A DNA stretch of 37,721 bases, taken from NCBI RefSeq assembly GCF_001194135.2, contig NC_068982.1, forward strand, positions 92,333,410-92,371,130. Reading direction: 5' to 3'. The notes beneath the pieces are model-generated. The model was given only the letters and a program-made list of their open reading frames with translations. It did no database searches and was not told the DNA's origin. Source of the DNA: Octopus bimaculoides (taxonomy: Eukaryota). Positions 33,839-37,721 of this stretch are shown here, one piece after another. The position numbers and the translations under genes are program-made. The first letter of the stretch is position 1. Every line of letters starts with the position of its first letter.

Positions 33839-33912
33839 GGCCTTTTCCGTAAAAGGGTTTTAGGGTTAGGGAATTCCGTCCCTAACCCTAAAACCCTTTT
33901 ACGGAAAAGGCC
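33839..33912. repeat. 74-bp perfect hairpin with telomeric hexamers
   Basis: 34-bp perfect arms GGCCTTTTCCGTAAAAGGGTTTTAGGGTTAGGGA, loop ATTCCG. No TSD seen. Confidence 0.95.
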
Positions 33913-33949
33913 ACCGGCAAACTTTCGTTATCAAGTGCATTTCAATAAT

Positions 33950-34720
33950 GATTTGGCTGCTATTTCTAGCAGATCAAATGTCTGCATAGAGAATTTCTCA
34001 TTGGCTAAAACGAATCTGTTGTTGAGCTTTGGAAAAATGTCTTGCAGTATTTCTTACAGCTCTTTACGTTCTGTGTTCAAATCTTGGGGTTGATAAAATA
34101 AAGTACCAGCGTAGTACTAGGGCTGATGGTATCATCTTACTATCTACCCTCAAAATTGCTGCCCTTGTGCCTAAATTAGAAACAAATGTTGTTTAGACCC
34201 ACGTTAGTTCTGATCCAGTAGACCTATAATCGAAGGCCCTCTAGCTATGACAGTTCTGTTTTTCAGATCTTGTGTAAAATAATATCTGCTTTTCAATATT
34301 TCTATAGATTTTCATTACCATTGTTTTAATGTCTACTTTTCCATGCTCACTTAGGTCAGATGGAGTTGATTTGAAGCAAATTTTTTATGATCGGATGCCT
34401 TTCCTGTCACCACCCCTCACCTCTTTCAAAGCAAGGTAATATTTTACCCTTCACAAGACGTTTTCATGAAAGATTGGAAATAAATGACACTGCTTGTATA
34501 ACAATGACACACATTTACAGCTGTTACAAAATATCAAGACAAGACAGAAACACCTACACACATACACGTCTTTCAGTTTTTATCTACTAAAACCACTCAT
34601 AAGGCTTTGTTTGTCCTGGGCTATAATAGAAGATACTACCCAAGGTATCACGGTGTGAAACTGAACCAAGAACCATGCCCTTGGAAAGCAAGCTTTTCGA
34701 TCACAGTCACAAAGCTGCTA
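33950..34720. mobile_element. Cluster of diverged SINE fragments
   Basis: Matches to the families at 28970, 31305 and 20070, plus a reverse head of the 5804 family. Confidence 0.55.
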
Positions 34721-34746
34721 TATCTAGCATGTTAGGTAACAACAGC

Positions 34747-34794
<48 letters not shown>

Positions 34795-34795
<1 letters not shown>

Positions 34796-35002
34796 TACTG
34801 CCTGACTGGCCCTCATGCCAGTGGCACGTAAAAGCACCCACTGCACTCTTAGAGTGGTTGGCGTTAGGAAGGGCATCCAACTGTAGAAACTCTGCCAGAT
34901 CAGACTGGAGCCTAGTGCATCCATCTGATTTGCCAGTCCTCAGTCAAATCGTCCAACCTATGCTAGCATGGAAAGCGGACGTTAAACGATGATGATGATG
35001 AT
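34795..35002 (+). mobile_element. RTE 3' tail
   Basis: Near-identical to 195-380 and 5490-5690, with a (GAT)n tail. Confidence 0.9.
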
Positions 35003-35013
35003 ATATATGTATG

Positions 35014-35049
<36 letters not shown>

Positions 35050-35191
35050 CACACACATATTGTTAGATGGTTGGAACACTTGGAAAAAATAGACTAGATG
35101 GGCACAATTAGAATGCTTTCAAAGAAAAATGAGATAATAACATTTGGAATGCTTTCAAGATTTTTAAGAGACAGGATGGTCAAAAGCAATA

Positions 35192-36880
35192 TTGAGACTC
35201 AACATCTTCATAGACCAACACAGAAATGGCTTGATAAAGAAAATGATTATCTTACAAACTTTGTCTAACAAATTTTATTATCTAACAAATTCAGTAAATT
35301 CTATGGACTTGCAAAAATCCACAAAAATAGAACAATTAATGCTGCCTAGGACCTGCAAAGAATCACCCTCAATCTGTTCAAATATACCATTTCTGAAGGA
35401 TCTCAAATTAAGACCAATTGTAGAAGGCCTGGCCTGTGAAACATGCAGACTTACAACTCCATTGACAAACTTTTAAAATCTCTACTAAAATATGAAGCAT
35501 GTCTTATAAAGTATGACGTAAACCTATTAAACCACCTTTTGAAAATACTTAACATCATTATTTTATTTTATATAGGTAAATCTTTGTACTACCATCCCAC
35601 ATGAGTACAGACTGGAGACAACAGCCTTTTGGCCAAGAAAATTTCTCAATGAAGTTTTGGACTAAATACATAGAAGATTCATCACAGAGAGATTAAAATT
35701 CATCCTTCAAAACAACTTCTTTAATTCTGAAGCAAACACCAACCAACAAACATTTGTCATCAGGGTGGGTACAAAAGTTGCTCCAACATATGCCAACTTA
35801 TTCATTCATTGCATGTATAGTATCAACCTACAAAAATATCCAGTGGAAAATTTGGAAACACTACTTAGATGATTGTTTCATTTTGTGGACATACAGTCTT
35901 GATGAACTTGATGATTCCTAATCCCTACTCAATAGCATCAGTAACAGTATTCACTTCACAATAGAATATAGCCAAAACCAATTATCCTTCCTAGACATTT
36001 TGATCTTAAAAAAATTAACACAAACATCAAAACCAACATCTATTACAAACCAACAGACTCCAAACAGTACCTACTATTTCCTTCACGTCACACAAAACAT
36101 ACGCAAAACAAATATACTATTTAACCTAGCTAGAAGAATTCATGCAATTATTTTCAATCATGAAATTCAGATTAAAAGACTCCAGGAATTAAAACAGGTA
36201 GTGCTTGAAAGACAGTATCCATTTAAGTTAATAGAGAATGGAAAAGAACATGCTAAAGCAATAGACATTGAAGAATTATGAAAGACCAAATATAGTTCAA
36301 ATACACCTACAACTCTGTCTTTAATTACCACACATAATCCAAGAAACACAGAAACACTCAGCATTATCTATCAGAGCATACTATTAATAAACCAAAACTT
36401 AAGAATGAAAAAGGCACTTAAATCATACAAATAATTAAGTGCAAATTTCTAAATAAACTACTTGTCCCTAATCCCTAAATAAACTACTTATTCATAGAAA
36501 AATTAGTTAAAAATTGTGGTCACTCAAATTATGTAATTTATATCAACCTTATTGAAGATATATCATATAAATTCAAATTAGGACAAGTTTTTAGAGTGAA
36601 AAAATACTTTGCTAGTTCAAAATATTTAATATATGCTGCCAGATGCTATGGATGCAGTGAAAATTACAGTGGACAAACCAAACTCAGCTTGAGAATGAGA
36701 TTAACAATCTATCAACAACAAATATGAGATCAAGGACTAGACAAATCCCACTCAGTGAACATTTTGAGATATGCACAACAACCAAATCCCCCAAATTCAT
36801 AGTCTTCCCACTATATCAGTGTGCTGATAATACTACCGACCAAACCTAAATAAATAAAAAAAATTTCATCAAAACATACA
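35192..36880 (+). mobile_element. Decayed Penelope-like element (RT and GIY-YIG endonuclease)
   Basis: FYGLAKIHK, LKLRPIV, GTKVAPTYANLF, WKHYLDDCFILW, LSFLDI, KPTDSKQYL, NLIYAARCYGCSENYSGQT (GIY-YIG-like). Many stops and frameshifts. Confidence 0.9.
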
Positions 36881-37384
36881 AACATGGGTGAATAGGCTAT
36901 AAAAACATAAACTTATATGATTTACCATTCTCTATGAATGCTTTTTGTTGTTATATGAAAATCCCCGCAGATGAAAGAGATTTATTTCATGTTTGTCACT
37001 AAGAGCTTAAAGTTGTATTTCCTATCAATTATCTTAAAAATAGATGTGTTCTGGTAAGTGTCTTGGTGACAGATTTTAAATCCCACTCACTTTGGATGTT
37101 GATTGATCTGCTTTGAAGACAGATATATTGTTTATTATTAGACATTAACAGCCCATCAAAATCAGATGCTGAAATTTATGACTAAATATCTCTATCCTCA
37201 TAGACTGATTGTTTTCACTGGACAGAGGCTGATTGTCACCTGAGGAAATGGGGTGTTTTATTTAACTGTGTGGATTTACATAATGTTATGAAATGCACTT
37301 CATATTTTTAATAAATGACTGTGCTATTGAAATGTGTGCAAGTGATTTTTTGAGTTATCTATTCCTTTTTGTTTACTATATATA

Positions 37385-37721
37385 TGTAAGGGACGACCGT
37401 GCGAACTCAAAAAGGAGAAATGGTGACGAATGGAAAAACAGGACTCCTTTTATTTAAACGCGTCACATGGTCGAACACAAAATATATATATCAAATGATG
37501 ATATACATAATATGTTATACGACGATAACATAGATGACCAGTAATGAAAGACCACAACCGTATAAGATGAATAACAGAGATATTTATTGTAGCGTTAAAG
37601 ATGTATGTCTGTGTGAGAGTGTGAATGCGACATATAAGAACATAATCAAAGACAGGCCGTCATACAAAGAAAGGTGTGTATGTGAGTGATACATGTGTGT
37701 ATGAGAAATATTACAGCAGAG
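37385..37721 (-). mobile_element. Probable LTR 3' end (U5), running off the window
   Basis: Minus strand has AATAAA ~55 nt before a ...GGTCGTCCCTTACA terminus. Abrupt junction with (TA)n. Confidence 0.45.

Overview
AT-rich metazoan genomic DNA from a gapped draft assembly (five N gaps). The SINE and RTE repeat families I recognise suggest an octopus/cephalopod; this is inference, not a database result. Most of the window is transposon relics and (TA)n/(CAT)n microsatellites: RTE LINEs (with a PHD finger next to the RT), CR1/L2-type LINE fragments, tRNA-derived SINEs, one near-full-length mariner, a hAT relic, a decayed Penelope-like element, an LTR end and many foldback/MITE elements. The one host gene I can support is missed by the ORF track. 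It is a small PIG-Y (GPI-GlcNAc transferase subunit Y) family gene on the + strand, with a clear terminal coding exon at 17486-17611 (...YYYLLLFP...NWFGLKLFQHN*), an ambiguous 5' coding region at 7828-7979 and a ~9.5-kb TE-filled intron. The most unusual signals are (1) short foldback elements with GG...CC termini and inverted TTAGGG telomere hexamers in their arms, (2) the unresolved frame/splice structure of the PIG-Y 5' end, and (3) an intronic sense-strand mariner interrupted only by two TAG codons, next to long inverted repeats that could form dsRNA. I cannot demonstrate a new biological system from sequence alone. These are the best leads.
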